From NCBI GenBank assembly GCA_024137785.1, contig JAHRHZ010000133.1:67132245-67196244 (forward strand): 64,000 bases of DNA, given 5' to 3'. The notes beneath the pieces are model-generated. The model was not told the DNA's origin. It saw nothing but the letters and a program-made list of their open reading frames with translations, and did not search any database. A program made the translations under genes and the position numbers. The DNA is from Ginglymostoma cirratum. Its lineage: Eukaryota. Shown piece after piece: positions 25,073 through 37,530 of the stretch; the stretch's first letter is position 1, and every line of letters starts with the position of its first letter.

Positions 25073-25201
25073 AGAGATAAGGAACTGCAGATGCTGGACC
25101 ATTTCTGATGAAGGGTCTAGGCCCGAAACATCAAGCTTTCCTGCTCCTGTGATGCTGTTTGGCCGCCTGTGTTTGTCCAGCTCTGCACCTTGTTATCTCA
25201 G
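25073..25201. mobile_element. PLE-derived hammerhead element, family 1, inverted tail plus one arm
   Basis: Inverted tail 25073-25098, then arm from TTTCTGATGAAGGGTCTAGGCCCGAAAC to TTATCTCAG. Perfect 11-bp TSD CAGAAGCTGAC at 25061-25071 and 25199-25209. Confidence 0.9.
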
Positions 25202-25544
25202 AAGCTGACCAACTCGTTTTGGATCTGGCTCACTGATTAGGAGCTCACCTGATCTCAGGGGCTTAGTGCCACTTAGCACTCTTGACTATGTCCAACACCG
25301 CCTTCCTCCACCCTTGCCACACTCCCAACTTGAGTATGCATCCACACACAGCCAATGCATTAGTTTCAGAATAAATGGAGGAAAGAAATATGGTAAAGTA
25401 AGAAGTGTTTTAAAATAGAAATTTCAGGTGAAACTGAAACTTCTTGAAGGGTAAAGGAGGGTAGGACAAAATTTGTGGACAGCACATACAGTTCCAGATG
25501 GGCTCTTCTGCCTATTTGTGGTGGAAATGTACACGTCTTGTGGG

Positions 25545-25815
25545 AAGGTGATGGTTTGTTCATACTATTGCTAGACTATTAATCTAACAGACTCAGGTCA
25601 CAGGGAACCTGGGCTCAAATCTTGTCATGGTAGGATAAAATTCTGAAAGTAATTAACATACTTAGGTAAAAAGCATCTGGTTCGCTAATGCCATCCTTAC
25701 CTGGCCTGGCCTACATTTGACTCCAGGCCCACAGCAATGGTGTTGACTCTTAATTAACTTCTGGGCAAATGCTGGATTATTGGTGTTGCCGCAACACCAA
25801 CATCCCATCAATATT
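25545..25815 (+). mobile_element. tRNA-derived SINE (same family as 53300-53625)
   Basis: 'ctagactattaatc...gaacctgggctcaaatc...ccatccttacctggcctggcctacatttgactccaggcccacagcaat'. Confidence 0.75.
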
Positions 25816-27864
25816 TAATGTAATTCTCTGTCAATTCAGCATTAGAAATGTTAAAAATGTTGTAAAGTTTTACAAGCAAGGCACTGCCTGTTTAATTTGA
25901 ACTGCTAAATCATGGACTGATACCAGGAATAAGGAATGACTGTACATTTCCCAATCACAGTGGAAACGTGCCAACTACATAGTGTGCATCATTTCTGAAG
26001 CTGTGCCTGGTTACAATAAATATCATTTTCAAAGATCCCGTTAGCAAACATAGTTCTGTCAGAAATGCTACCCCTACAGCAACTGACACCACAAGCGGTG
26101 GCCATTCACAGCTGCATTCATATTAACTCTGCCGGCACACCTCTACACTAGATAAAACTTTCACTTGTGAAAGAAGCTTGTACATAAAATGGAGGTTTTT
26201 ATAAAAATATTCTTTACCTTACTGACCGGCAACAGATTTCTTTGCGGGAATGCCATTACCAATTTAAAATGCTTGTCACTTAGAATCAGTCGGTTTCTAC
26301 CCGTCAAAGACAATCTGTGTCACAAAACTCCCAGTTATCAGCCAAGTGCATCCACTAGTTGCACAACACAACTTCATTCAGCAGCATCCGATGAACCAAG
26401 CATCCTTCACAAACAGTACCTTTATTCCCACATATCGGAGTGGGCTGGTTGGGCTACTGGATGTTGGGCCTAACTAGACCATGTAGGCATGAAGATCAGA
26501 GATTAGAATCTGCAAGTGCCTGAACACAGCACACAGTTAAGCAGATGATCAGTGTTACTGATTAATTAACAGGCTGGGTCAATATGAATGGGGAACAGGT
26601 GGAACTGGTGTGCCGCAGGAACTGAGATACTGAGTATTCAATAAACTTCATCCATAGAGACATGTTTTGTCTCACTGACTGGCTTGGATCTGAATTGTCA
26701 CTGTCGTGTCCTACTCACTATCCAAGCAAATCTACACTGCACACAGGAAACCTAGCACTGGAGCTCGTGTTCCAAGTCACTACCGAATCACACCTACCAG
26801 ACTCCACTCCTCACAGTTTAGGGTTTTCAAATCTAGTTGGACATGTTCTTCAGCATTTCATCATATGACCTCCCTTTAGGTCCACCCCCTCTGCCCACCC
26901 CACTGCTGATCCAACACGTCTATCTGAAGCGCTGCTTTCCAGTATCAACTGCAAAACAATCAAACTCTTCAATACTCAGATGTATGCTGATTCCCCATCT
27001 CCAATTTTTTTTTTTATAACCTACAAACAGATAGACTTATCTTTTTAAAGTCCTAAAGCGGTTCTCCTGGATTGCTGGCCACAATCTCCTGGAAATTAAC
27101 CCAGCATTTCCGGAGACTCCAGAGCAACCTTAATCAATGTCCGAGCCTCCACCGAGAATCAATAGATTCAGGATTGGGCGAACGTCCTGCCAACACTCAC
27201 AATTTGAGCTTAAACATTCAAAGAAAATTACAAGTGAAGGAAACCAAATGTGTTACATAAATAGAACTTTCCCTGAGTAACCACAGAATGCAAAACAATC
27301 TCTGAACAAACGCACTGAATATTTTTGGTATTCTGTATCTCCCAGAGGGATATCCTCTAACCCAATCACAATTACATCCCAAGTTTTGTTTTCCCTGCAT
27401 TCTAACCTCCTGGACAGTTGAAATGATTTGGGCAGATTGCTGGCAACAGCCGGAATGTGAATGCTCATAAGCCCATGAGACGCCTTCACAGAAACTCACC
27501 ACTCTCGTTGCTATCTCGTAATGACTAGCTCTGTTTTGATGTTATATATTACTGGGACATCATGAGATGTAACAAAAACAGGCAACTTTTTTTTCCCTCT
27601 TTCCTTTATCTCAGAAAATTAAAGTAAAATCGTTAAGTGCGGAAAGAAAATCAGAAGGAAAGTGTTTGGGTAACAATGGGCTTCAATCATAGGGTGTCTC
27701 ACGTTTATGTGCAGTACATAAAGTGACTGAACATAACAGTTACTGCAAGCCAACAACAAATAAAGGCCTTGCTCCAAGACAGAAACTTGACTTAGATGCC
27801 TTTCCTAAGGTGGGAGATACGCACAAAACCGCTGTCCTGTGAAAACAGGGACAGCCTTCATCAT

Positions 27865-28066
27865 AGATAAAAGGTACTGCAGATGCTGGAGAATCCGAGA
27901 TAACAAGCATGGGGCTGGATGAACACAGCAGGTCAAGCAGCATCATAGGAGCAGGAAAGCTTGACGTTTCGGACCTAAACCCTTCATCAGAAAATTTTCT
28001 GATGAAGGGTTTAGGCCCGAAACGTCAAGCCAGCCCCATGTTCATCCAGCCCCATGCTTGTTATCT
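27865..28066. mobile_element. Palindromic PLE-derived hammerhead element, family 1, young copy
   Basis: Apex CAGAAAA|TTTTCTG has no spacer. Intact cores on both strands (+ 27999-28026; - 27963-27990). Tail on the left arm; internal deletion in the right arm. Perfect 13-bp TSD CAGCCTTCATCAT at 27852-27864 and 28067-28079. Confidence 0.92.
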
Positions 28067-28124
28067 CAGCCTTCATCATGCTTTGCTACATTATAAACCC
28101 AAATCAGCAACAATGGAGTGCTTT

Positions 28125-28395
28125 TATACATCACTTTACACATAGTGAAAAGCTGCTAGGTGCTTTCTAGGAGATTAATCGGACAAAACGCAGATACTGA
28201 TCTACATAAGGAGATGCTACAAAAGGAGTCTAGGAGTTGGACAAACACACAGGGATTTAAGAGTGTCTTAAAGAAGAAGTGCGATGGTGAAGAGTTAGAA
28301 AGTGGGAATTTTAGAGCTTAAGGTTTAGGTGATTGAAGGCACAGCTGCCAACAGTGGCACAACTGTAACAGGAGACGCTGAACAGGCCAGAGATG
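28125..28395 (-). mobile_element. L2-type LINE 3' end
   Basis: 'ttttatacatcactttacaca...gtgtcttaaagaagaa...gggaattttagagcttaagg'. Confidence 0.55.
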
Positions 28396-29467
28396 GTGAA
28401 GGTCAAAGCATCACCAACAACAGAGTTGAAAAAAAAATTGAAACTTTTAAAGTCAAAGGTGAGAAACAGAATTAAATAAATTCAGAAAGGAAACAATGAA
28501 AGCATATGAAAGCAAGACTAGGATAGTCGCTGTCAACAAGGGAGTTTACACCGGAACCACTACCACTTGCCAAACAACTTCCTTATATAGCAAACCTTTT
28601 GAGTCAGTACAACAGTGGCCAGAGACAGTAAACACTCATTTCTCTCCTTGCTCACACTAGTATTAGCAATACAGCACATATCTGCACCAATCACCTGTCT
28701 GCTGGCAAAACTAGAACACAGGCCAAAGTATCATGCTTTAAAATAACATACATAGCCTGTTTATTTTGGAAAACCAAAAGGAATTCTCACTTCCAAAACA
28801 TCCCAATTTTTTGCCAAAACCACCAATACCCTGCAATAGAAGTATCTTTATTTACAATAAGTAACGAGGAATGCCTGCTTTCTTCCCTCTTCTTACAGTG
28901 CCCATGAACTGAATCTTTTCTGACTACTGAAATGGTGCAGTGCTGATCAGCCTTTCTCTCTCCCTCCAACATGTTATTCCCTTGTGGAAATTAATGTTAG
29001 TTATTCAGTCCTGTTACTTCTACAACACATACTTGTGCTGTTATTTTGCTGTAATTTGTAAAATCCTTTGTTTGTAAAATACAACCTTATTCTACTTATG
29101 GAGACTTTTTCTTAATGCCACACTTATAAAATTTTACTTCTGCTGTTTAATTATTATTGTGATATTGCAAATATATTACTTTGAAATAACTAATTTAATA
29201 TAAACTATACAACAAATAACAAAACAAAAGTAATAATTTTGAAATGTTAAGTAGCTGACTACCAACATAAATATCTTTACTTATGGGTATTCCATTTTAT
29301 CGTAACTCACCAAAATGTACAACGTAAATGCCCAGTGGAGTATGGTCATTTATTTAGAGGAAGTACCTCTATGCTGTCTTTAAACAAATAGAAGCCTGAA
29401 ATTCAAACTGTAGAATGGTCCCAGCATACAGATGCAGGTTACACATCACATCAATGTTATTTGCTAT

Positions 29468-29570
29468 GAGTTACAGTCATACAGATGTACAGCATGGAAA
29501 CAGACCCTTCGGTCCAACTTGTTCATACCGACTAGATATCCTAAATTAACGTTGATCCATTTGCCAACTA
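29468..29570 (-). mobile_element. CR1/HER1-type 3' terminus
   Basis: 'agtcatacagatgtacagcatggaaacagacccttcggtccaac' is the reverse complement of the terminus at ~35960-36015. Confidence 0.75.
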
Positions 29571-30259
29571 CGGTAAAAATCTGGCAAACTGGCATGCAAG
29601 TGCTCAAAACTCCCACATGATTTTTCTTATTCCACTCATTGAGTCAAGAAATAACAAGAGTTATCCACAACAGGGGATCCCTTTGTTGAGACAGCAGAGA
29701 GAGGTTCACATAAATCTTTTGAATGTTCACATGTTAGTGGACCCATAGAAACACTTCACTGTGTTGATGATCCAGCCAGATTATCCAACGCATTGATAAC
29801 AGAGTTAAAAGGAAATTATGAAATAAGCAAAATAAGTAACCTTGCCACAGGTATGTTAAATGGAAAAGGCAGCAAACCAGAAATATAAGTTATTTGAATA
29901 TAAATATATTTTCCTGGTCTGAAAACACACAAAAATAAACAGTTATATCTAATGTACTGTGGGCAAAATAAATTCTACCTCTAAACAGCTATGAAAGAGT
30001 TTGCTCTCTCACACCAAACATTTTCTTTTAAGCCACGTTGCTGCAGAATTTTTTTAAACTTCCTTTCTTATCTAATTAATAATATTTATTGCAAAAGGAG
30101 AATTGATACGGACCCAAGTTCTAACCTGTCCCGTCCAATAGGAAGATTACCGTCTCCTTCAGTGCCTGTGACTACTTTCAGCAAGCATGGCAGAAATAAT
30201 GTGAAAGACTCCAGCTGACTTGCATCTCAGAGGTGTTTTAAATGGATGTTTAAATTGCA

Positions 30260-30550
30260 TTCATTCTCCCACACTGACTGCTATTTACTCCTTTGTCCGT
30301 CCAACTGTTCTTCTCTCTCTTCGGGTTCTATCCCCACTTATTTACTCCTTACTCCCTCGCCCTACCTTACCTTTTGCATAAAAAAAAACTGTTTCCTAGC
30401 TACCATCTGTTGTGAAAAAGGGTCACTGGACCCGAAATGTTAACTCTGATTTCTCCCCACAGATGCTGCCAGACCTGCTGAGCTTTTCCAGCTATTTCTA
30501 TTTTTGTTTCTGATTTCCAGCATCCACAGTTCTTTTGGGTTTTCTTTTTA
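30260..30550 (+). mobile_element. PLE-derived element, family 2, with ~150 bp extra upstream sequence
   Basis: Pyrimidine-rich upstream segment, decayed core gtt-GTGAAAA-A-GGGTC-ACTG-GACCC-GAAAT-GTT-aac, then the family-2 arm and tail. Possible decayed TSD ttaaa(t/g)ggatgt at ~30238 and ~30551. Confidence 0.75.
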
Positions 30551-31284
30551 TTAAAGGGATGTCTTATTGTTTTCCCCCCACTTCCTGTTGCTCCAACTCC
30601 CCCACACATAGGCTCAAAAAGGAAGAAAAGTCATTCTTTCTAGTTGGCTGGAAGTCAGAGCAAAACATTAGTAATCATTGAAGAAGGGAGTAAAAACTCA
30701 AAGTGTGTGAAATGGATTCTTAAATATGCTTTAACTTCTCCCTGAGGGGTGAAATAAAAAGGCTGGGATTACTGCAGATGAAAGATTGGAGCAATTTTGA
30801 TTTTGGCCTTTTACTGCAAATCAGGTCAGTGGGTGTGCAATGGATGGACAATCCGGTATGATCACACCCAGTAATACCCTGTGGTTCAAAATCACCCGGG
30901 AGGTTGTGTGTTACAATTGTTTGCACTGAGAGGGAGGTTTGAAAACTGCACGTAGCAGATGCAGAGAACACAGCTCATGCAACATTTCTGCCATCCTAAC
31001 ATCAGGACATGATATTGTACAGCCCAACTGGCACCTAGTTTAGATTAATTAACACAGAATTAATGAACACAAGCATAATATAGAGGTGGAAATACTTTGT
31101 CTTGCAATGCAGAGATCTGGGCACAGCAATAATTTAAACTTGACATGCAACAGCAAGGTGACCAGCTTCATCACAACTGCTTTGTTTCCTGTGAAAGGAG
31201 GAAAGGAGGAGCAAGCAAGCACACAACGTATGGGCAGTGTAAACTCCGATATAAAGAACAGGATTCCAATTAAAACAAGTTGCA

Positions 31285-31475
31285 TTCATATCGCATTTTC
31301 TTGTAGTAAAACATCTCAAGGTGCTTCACAACAGTTATCAGACGTGACTGGAGACTGAGCCAAGTAGCCAAAAACTTAGCCATTTATTTTAAAATGTGGT
31401 GTAAAGAGAAGAAAAAAGATGTAGTGAGACTGGTAAGGGAATTCGACAGAAGAGGGTCTCGGCAACCGAAGGAGT
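31285..31475 (-). mobile_element. L2-type LINE 3' end
   Basis: 'ttgcattcatatcgcattttcttgtagtaaaacatctcaaggtgcttcaca'. Confidence 0.55.
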
Positions 31476-31479
31476 TGGA

Positions 31480-33220
31480 TAAAGTACCATGTAACGGGCT
31501 GGTCAGCCAGGCTAAAGTAAATTTGAAACAAAAGGAAGAGTTGTTGCACAGAACCAAAGTTGTCTAAGTGACAGGAAACGGAGATAGTGTTGGACAGTTG
31601 TTTTCCGGACTAGAGGAAGGTATACAATGGGATTTCCGAGTTGTACCCTGAGCACTGCTCTTCGCGATATGTATCATACTAGACTTGGATGTATTGGGCA
31701 AAATTTCAAAATTTGCAGATGACAAAACAGAAGTATTGTGAACTGTAAGGAGGATAATGACAGACTTCAAGAGGACAAGAAGTTGATTAGAATGGGCAGA
31801 GAGGAAGCCGATGCAAGTTAATGCAGAGGAGAGTGAAGTGAAACAATTTGATAGGACCAACAAGGTGATGGAATATAAAACAAAGGGTACAATTCTAAAA
31901 TAGCTGCAGGAATAGAGAGATCTGAGAACATAGCAGCATAAACTATTGAAGATGGCCAGGCAGGTTGAGAAAATGTTTCAAAGCACATGGAATCCTGGGC
32001 TTTATAAACAAAGGAATAAAGCACAAAAATAAGGAAGTTTTCATAAATCTGTAGAAAACATTGGTTTGGCCTCGATGAGAGTATTGTGTTCAATGCTGGG
32101 CACCACATTTTAGGAAGGATGTGAAGGCCTTACAGAAGGACCAAGATCATTTAAACTTGGGCAGGGAAGGCCATTCAGCCCCTGATGTCTGTTCTGCCAT
32201 TAAGACATGGCTCATCTGAAACTGTGCAGGACCATGGGAAAGTAATAGGTAGCAGTGTGGACTAATTTGATAGCTCTCTCTCAAAGAGAAGACAGAGGCA
32301 CTAAAGGCCAAACGGCCTCTTTTTGTGCTATAATATTCCATGATTTCTATGATTCTACGATTGCAACCACAACTCCCATTTCCTGCCTGCCCCAATAATC
32401 CTCAAATCCACCAATCGAAAATGAGTGTAACTCAACCCTGAACATGCTCAACAACCCAGTCTCCATTCCTGTCTGGGGAAGAGAATTCCAAAAATTAGTG
32501 ATGCTCAGAAGAAATTCCTTGCAGTGTCCATCTTAAATTGAAGACCCTTTATTTTGCCCATGGTTCTTTATGGCCCTGAGAGGAAAAATCCTCTCAGCAT
32601 CTAGCCAATCATGTTCATGAAGAATAATCGTTTCAATAAGATTACCTCATTCTTCTAAGCACAGTTCAACCTGCTCAACATTTCCTACATGACAACCCTA
32701 TCATCCCAAGCATCAGACTAGTAAACTTATTTTGAGCTGTTGCCAACTCAAGTACATGGTGCAAGAAGTATTTAGAAGAACAGGTCAGAGAAACCAGTGT
32801 TATTCTCCTTGGAAAAGGGAAAGGAACGAAAGGATATGAAGAGGGACTCAAAATCACAGAAACAAGCTAAATCAAGTAGATGAAGTCCAAATGTGCCTAC
32901 TGACAGTACCATGAGGATACTGGCTTGGATTGGGAAAGGAATGAACAGTCAAATGAAAAAGAAATTTTCTTCAACATAATGGGTGGTTACACAGAGACAT
33001 GCATTGCTTGAGAGATTTGTGGAAGCAAATACAATTATGGCCTTCAAAAAGGAATTAGATAGGCATCTGAAGAAAAAGAAATGCAGGGCGGCAGGAAAAA
33101 GGGCAAGAGAAAGTGGGGCGAGCTGAGCTAAGCTAAGCTACTCTGCTCTTTCAGAGAGCCAGTACGAATATAACTGGCAGAATGACCCCTTTCTAGGTTG
33201 TTATAATAGGATTCTGTAAT
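31480..33220 (+). mobile_element. Decayed CR1 LINE (RT to 3' end) with nested CR1 insertions at ~32146-32740
   Basis: 'atttcaaaatttgcagatgac' encodes ISKFADD and 'gagtattgtgttcaatgctgggcaccacattttaggaaggatgtg' encodes EYCVQCWAPHFRKDV. The element resumes after 32740 and ends in a CR1 tail. Confidence 0.8.
32146..32740 (-). mobile_element. CR1 3' fragment (minus), itself interrupted by a plus-strand CR1 tail at ~32220-32357
   Basis: Similar to the 12830-13300 element. The internal piece ends in 'atgatttctatgattcta'. Confidence 0.65.
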
Positions 33221-33669
33221 TAATTATGTCAGCCAAGGTCAAAATCTTATTCCTTCTGGTTTGTACATCTTGGTAATAATGGGCTGTGCAATAATGCAGC
33301 TAACCTAGGGTCACAGGCATTGGCCTGGAATGAAAGCAAGCATTGGAGAGCTGTATGTAGCCGAATCCATGTCGTTTAGAGTTAAACTTAGCTCCTGCTT
33401 GCAATCACACCTTGTAGAGATTGCAATGCATGCTTCCTTGCCAAACTCTCTAGTGCTTAGTCCAGATTTTAGCTCCCTGCCAACAGCTCCTAGCTAAGAA
33501 ATCTTGGGAGCTGAGCCTAGCTTCTGTCAAAATTTTCAACAAACAACAAAAAAAAAACAGCCAAGGTTCTGTACAACTGGCCAGAATCAAGTGAGTTGTT
33601 TTAGGCAATAGTTTCTACTTTTTGCTCTCCCTTCAACTTTTTCTACTTTGGCACAGCTCCACATTAACT

Positions 33670-33980
33670 AAGCAAAACCTTGCTTTACATAGGGTCTTTC
33701 ATGACCTCGAAGTGTCACAAAGTGAAATTACAGCCAATTGGGGTAGTTTGTTGAAGTGTAGCCATTGTCGTAATGTAGGAAACACTGCAGCCAATTTGCA
33801 CACACCACAAATTCCCTCAAACAGCAATGTGATAATGACCAGATAATCTGTTTTAGCAATGCTGGCTAAATGTTGGCCAGGCCACCAAGAAGATTTCCTT
33901 TGTTCACGTTTGCAACAACATCAAGGGATTTTCACCATCCACCTGAACGGATGGACGGAGCCTCACTATAAAATCTCACC
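33670..33980 (-). mobile_element. Deu-type SINE
   Basis: 'tacagccaattggg...aatgtaggaaacactgcagccaatttgcacac...aacagcaatgtgataatgaccagataatctg...catccacctga'. Confidence 0.8.
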
Positions 33981-34053
33981 CTGCTTGATCTGCTGAGTAT
34001 TTCAAGAGATTTTTGGGTTTTAGTTCAGACTTCCAGAACCTGTGGCATTTTGC
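33981..34053 (+). mobile_element. Decayed family-2 PLE arm/tail fragment
   Basis: 'ctgcttgatctgctgagtatttc...ttcagacttccagaacctgtggcattttgc' resembles 5610-5685. Confidence 0.45.
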
Positions 34054-35005
34054 AACAACACAGCGAAAAAATAATGGAGCTGTGCAGGAGGAAAGCTTTC
34101 TCTGGTCTTTTCCAAATATTCTCACAAGTGCTTTCTAGCTCCTTCAATTGACATTCCAGCTCTCATTTCCTGACAGCATCAGCTTCAACAGAAGTTTAAA
34201 AATATGCTTATGTTGCACGCAGGCTGATTACTTTACAGCATCAGCCACTTAGTTCTGGAAGAGACTAATGCTCCTCCTTTTCTTGTTTCTCCATTTAACC
34301 TAATCTACTCTGCAAGATATACTTACATGCCCTCGACTGCATTTCTGGGCATTCTGCTTAATTTCTACCTGACAATTTACATATTTTACTACTTGATTTC
34401 CAACTTCCAACCAGCAGCAGTCACAGTGCCCGTTGATCTGACAATGGGCCAGCACATTTCAAGAGAGGGAAACAGTCACAAAATCAATAGAGAGCTTAAG
34501 AGGTCCCCACTCACAACATTATTTTCTTTGTGTTTGTTAGACAGAGCACAGCAAACTCTGAAACAGAATTAGTCCTATTCCTCTAACATGGGGTGCATGT
34601 AACCTGGACCCCTCTCATTGCACCATTACTCGCACCACATTTCTCTTCACACCTTGCAATGGCAAATTCTCAAATCATCTATTGCGCTGTCATACAGCGA
34701 CTGAGCCATCCTGAAACCTGGGATTCAGGGGGTTCAGAAGAGTCAGGGAATGCCTGAAAATCACTCTTTTGACAGACAAAAATGCCATTAGGCTCATGTC
34801 TTCACTAGTGTCAGAAACAAGACATCTGCAAAATGTGGTACTCTGTCCCTTAATTGCAGAGGTCACAGTGCCTTTTGATAAATACACACAAGCCTCCAAA
34901 GCAGCAAAATTTCTACACAGACAGACTATGGCATATTTTTTGTTTCGGTTCAGGGCTTGGCCTGGAGCTGGGTAAAAGTGCTGCAAAGGACAGGTCGAGC
35001 AGGTT

Positions 35006-35135
35006 TTAGAATAGAATCCTTACAGTGTGGAAACAGGCCCTTCGGCCGAACAAGTCCACACTGACCCTCAGAGCATCCCACCCAGAACCATCCCCCGATA
35101 ACTCACCTCATCCACTCATCCCTGAATAGTGCGGG
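35006..35135 (-). mobile_element. HE1-like SINE / CR1-tailed SINE 3' part
   Basis: 'tagaatagaatccttacagtgtggaaacaggcccttcggccgaacaagtccacactgaccctc'. Confidence 0.6.
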
Positions 35136-35494
35136 TTTTGTTACTAGACAGATCAATGTTTGCAGACCATCTACTCGGGAGGAACACTGAAGCTCGAGTC
35201 ACCATCTTCATTCTGCATGGCTTGACAGGGCCTTTGCTACCTGGGAAATAGGTGGACTAAGAGGGCCAAGGACAAACAAGGCAGGCCAAATGGCCTCCTT
35301 CTACACTACTACCATTCTGTGATTCTACACTGAAGTGTCATTAAACAAAATGAAAGACTAGAATTGTTCAGAATGCCTGAAACGTCTATTCAATAATTTA
35401 TTGTACAATAGAACACAATAATTTGCAGCAGCATGGTTGTCTGCAAACTTCCCTTGAGGAATAAGGGTGGTGGGCAAACATCTTTCAGAGAATA

Positions 35495-36016
35495 CTGTGT
35501 GCAATTCTAATATCCCTGCTATAGGAGGGATGTCGTGAAACATGAAAGGGTTCAGAAAAGATTTACAAGGATGTTGCCAGTGTTGGAAGGTTTGAGCTGT
35601 AGGGAGAGGCTGAACAGACCAGGGCCATTTTCCCTGGAGCATCAAGGGCTGAGGGGTGACCTTATAGAGGTTTATAAAACGATGAGGAGCATGGATAGGG
35701 TGAATAGACAAGGTCTTTTCTTGGGAGTCCAAAACTAGAGGGCACAAGTTTAAGGCAAGAGGGGTAAGATTTAAAAGGGACCTAAGGGGCAACTTTTTCA
35801 CACAGAGGGATAGTGCATGTATGGGATGAGCTGCCGGAGGAGGTAGTGGAGACTGGTACAATTACAAGATCTAAAAGGCATTCGAATGGGTCTATGGATA
35901 GGATGTGTTCAGAGGGACATGGACCAAACGGAAATAAATTAATTTTGGATATCTGGACAGCATGGACAAGTTGGACCAAAGGGTCTGTTTCTGTGCTGTA
36001 TATCTCTATGACTCTA
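35495..36016 (+). mobile_element. CR1/HER1-type LINE, 5'-truncated, relatively young
   Basis: ERVQKRFTRMLPVLEGLSCRERLNR...LRGDLIEVYKTMRSMDRVN (ORF 35535-35738) and WDELPEEVVETGT. Tail 'ctctatgactcta'. Confidence 0.92.
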
Positions 36017-36151
36017 AATGTTTGCACCAATTTCTTAAAATACTGCATTCAACTGAGATCCTACAAACCTGGGTGATGCAGGATTAAATCCAAATGGTCG
36101 TTGAGAACATTCTTACAGAAAGTAAATTTTTAATTTACCTAAAACAGTCCT

Positions 36152-36175
36152 AACAACAACAACAACAACAACAAC
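36152..36175. repeat. (AAC)8 microsatellite
   Basis: Directly visible. Confidence 0.9.
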
Positions 36176-37334
36176 CTGCCAGCAATTTATTAAAAAATAA
36201 AAATGAGTTGTGTTTCAACTTTACACTTTAATGCTCATCGTTATTACTATAGCTCTGTAAAAGTACTAATCCTCGAGAGAACGCTATGCGTAGAAAATAT
36301 TGAAATCAGCCATAGAATAAACTTATTCACAATGTCACTGTAAACAATGGATTGAGAGATTCTCTTTCCTCCCAATCTGCAGTCCTCCTCTTTTAAAAGA
36401 AAGGCACTTTAGGACATAATCAAGCTGGATGGCTTACTTTGATGCATAGCCTATCGAAGCAGCTCTTAAACCATTAAGAGTTACTTCAACCTGCCTCTGC
36501 GATGCAGGTTGTCTTTTCTCTGCATATACAGGTTTATTGTTATCATTATTGAATTATAATGACATGGGAGTAAGGTTAAAAAACATCATATTTTTCATCC
36601 TGACCTGTTTTCATTATGTGCCACAGAATTCTGTGACACTTGACATTAATGAAAAGGTCAGGTTAGCCAACATGTTCTTGCAATTTTCCCTCCGTGCTAC
36701 ATTCCCCCACCAATCAAAATAAACCCCTAATGGATTCACATGCCTCTGCAATACCACGACGTATTGACAAAATGTCATTCTGTCTCATCCAATTCCAAGC
36801 TAAAGTAAAGGATATGGAGATGCAGAGTTTATTGCTGCAGGGGCTTGTGAAAATGTCTTGCAGGATAGTCTATTTAAGGATCCTAATAAGAGCCTCTCAC
36901 TTATTTATTAATTTGTTCTCCTGTGATGAGCCACTTTGCTGTATATAGTACACATCGCAATTTCATTAACAGAATAGCATGAAAGGCAAGGCCACAGCCT
37001 TTCTCCAACAACCCCATATAATTTCTGTCACCCTCTGACCGGCTGGCAGCACAGGCAAGCCAAGAAAGGGGTCAAGTCAGGCTCTCGTGATCCTACTCCT
37101 TAAGGTCTAATGTGTTTAGGGAAGCAGCTGTTACAACGTGCCCCATGTGTACGGAAAGAAACGGCCTGCCATCTCACTGAACTGAATTCATGGCATATCT
37201 GGAAGGCATACAGGCAATACCCACTGTCGAAGATATCGAGCAGCGGCTACAGATATAATAAAGTCAATAATAAAACCTAATGGAAATCCTTGAGAAACCT
37301 CTCTACACATTGAATAATTAGGATATGGTATATA

Positions 37335-37530
37335 CTACTGCAAGGAGGCTTTGAAGCAATTACACTGATGCTTTAAGGCTAAGCTTGTTAACTACACAAG
37401 GGAGAAAGGAAAGTGAGGTGATGCTAACAATGCTAAAGAGAGTGAGAGGTGGTGCACGGTTCATGTGGAGTACCAGCCCAGGCCTGATGACCTAATTGCC
37501 AGTTTCTGTGTTGGATCCATGCAACTCTGT
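37335..37530 (+). mobile_element. CR1 3' end fragment, decayed
   Basis: 'ttgaagcaattacactgatgctttaaggctaagcttg...ttcatgtggagtaccagcccaggcctgatg...gtttctgtgttg'. Confidence 0.45.

Noticed and set aside
25105-25111. CTGA/TGATGA as box C/D snoRNA motifs
   Set aside because: No C-box/D-box spacing or terminal stem. The context (hairpin then GAAAC-GTH) fits a hammerhead core in a dispersed repeat.
34327-34368. Possible 42-nt minus-strand exon (cag|...|gtaagt)
   Set aside because: The acceptor lacks a polypyrimidine tract and the peptide (VEIKQNAQKCSRGH) is not recognisable.
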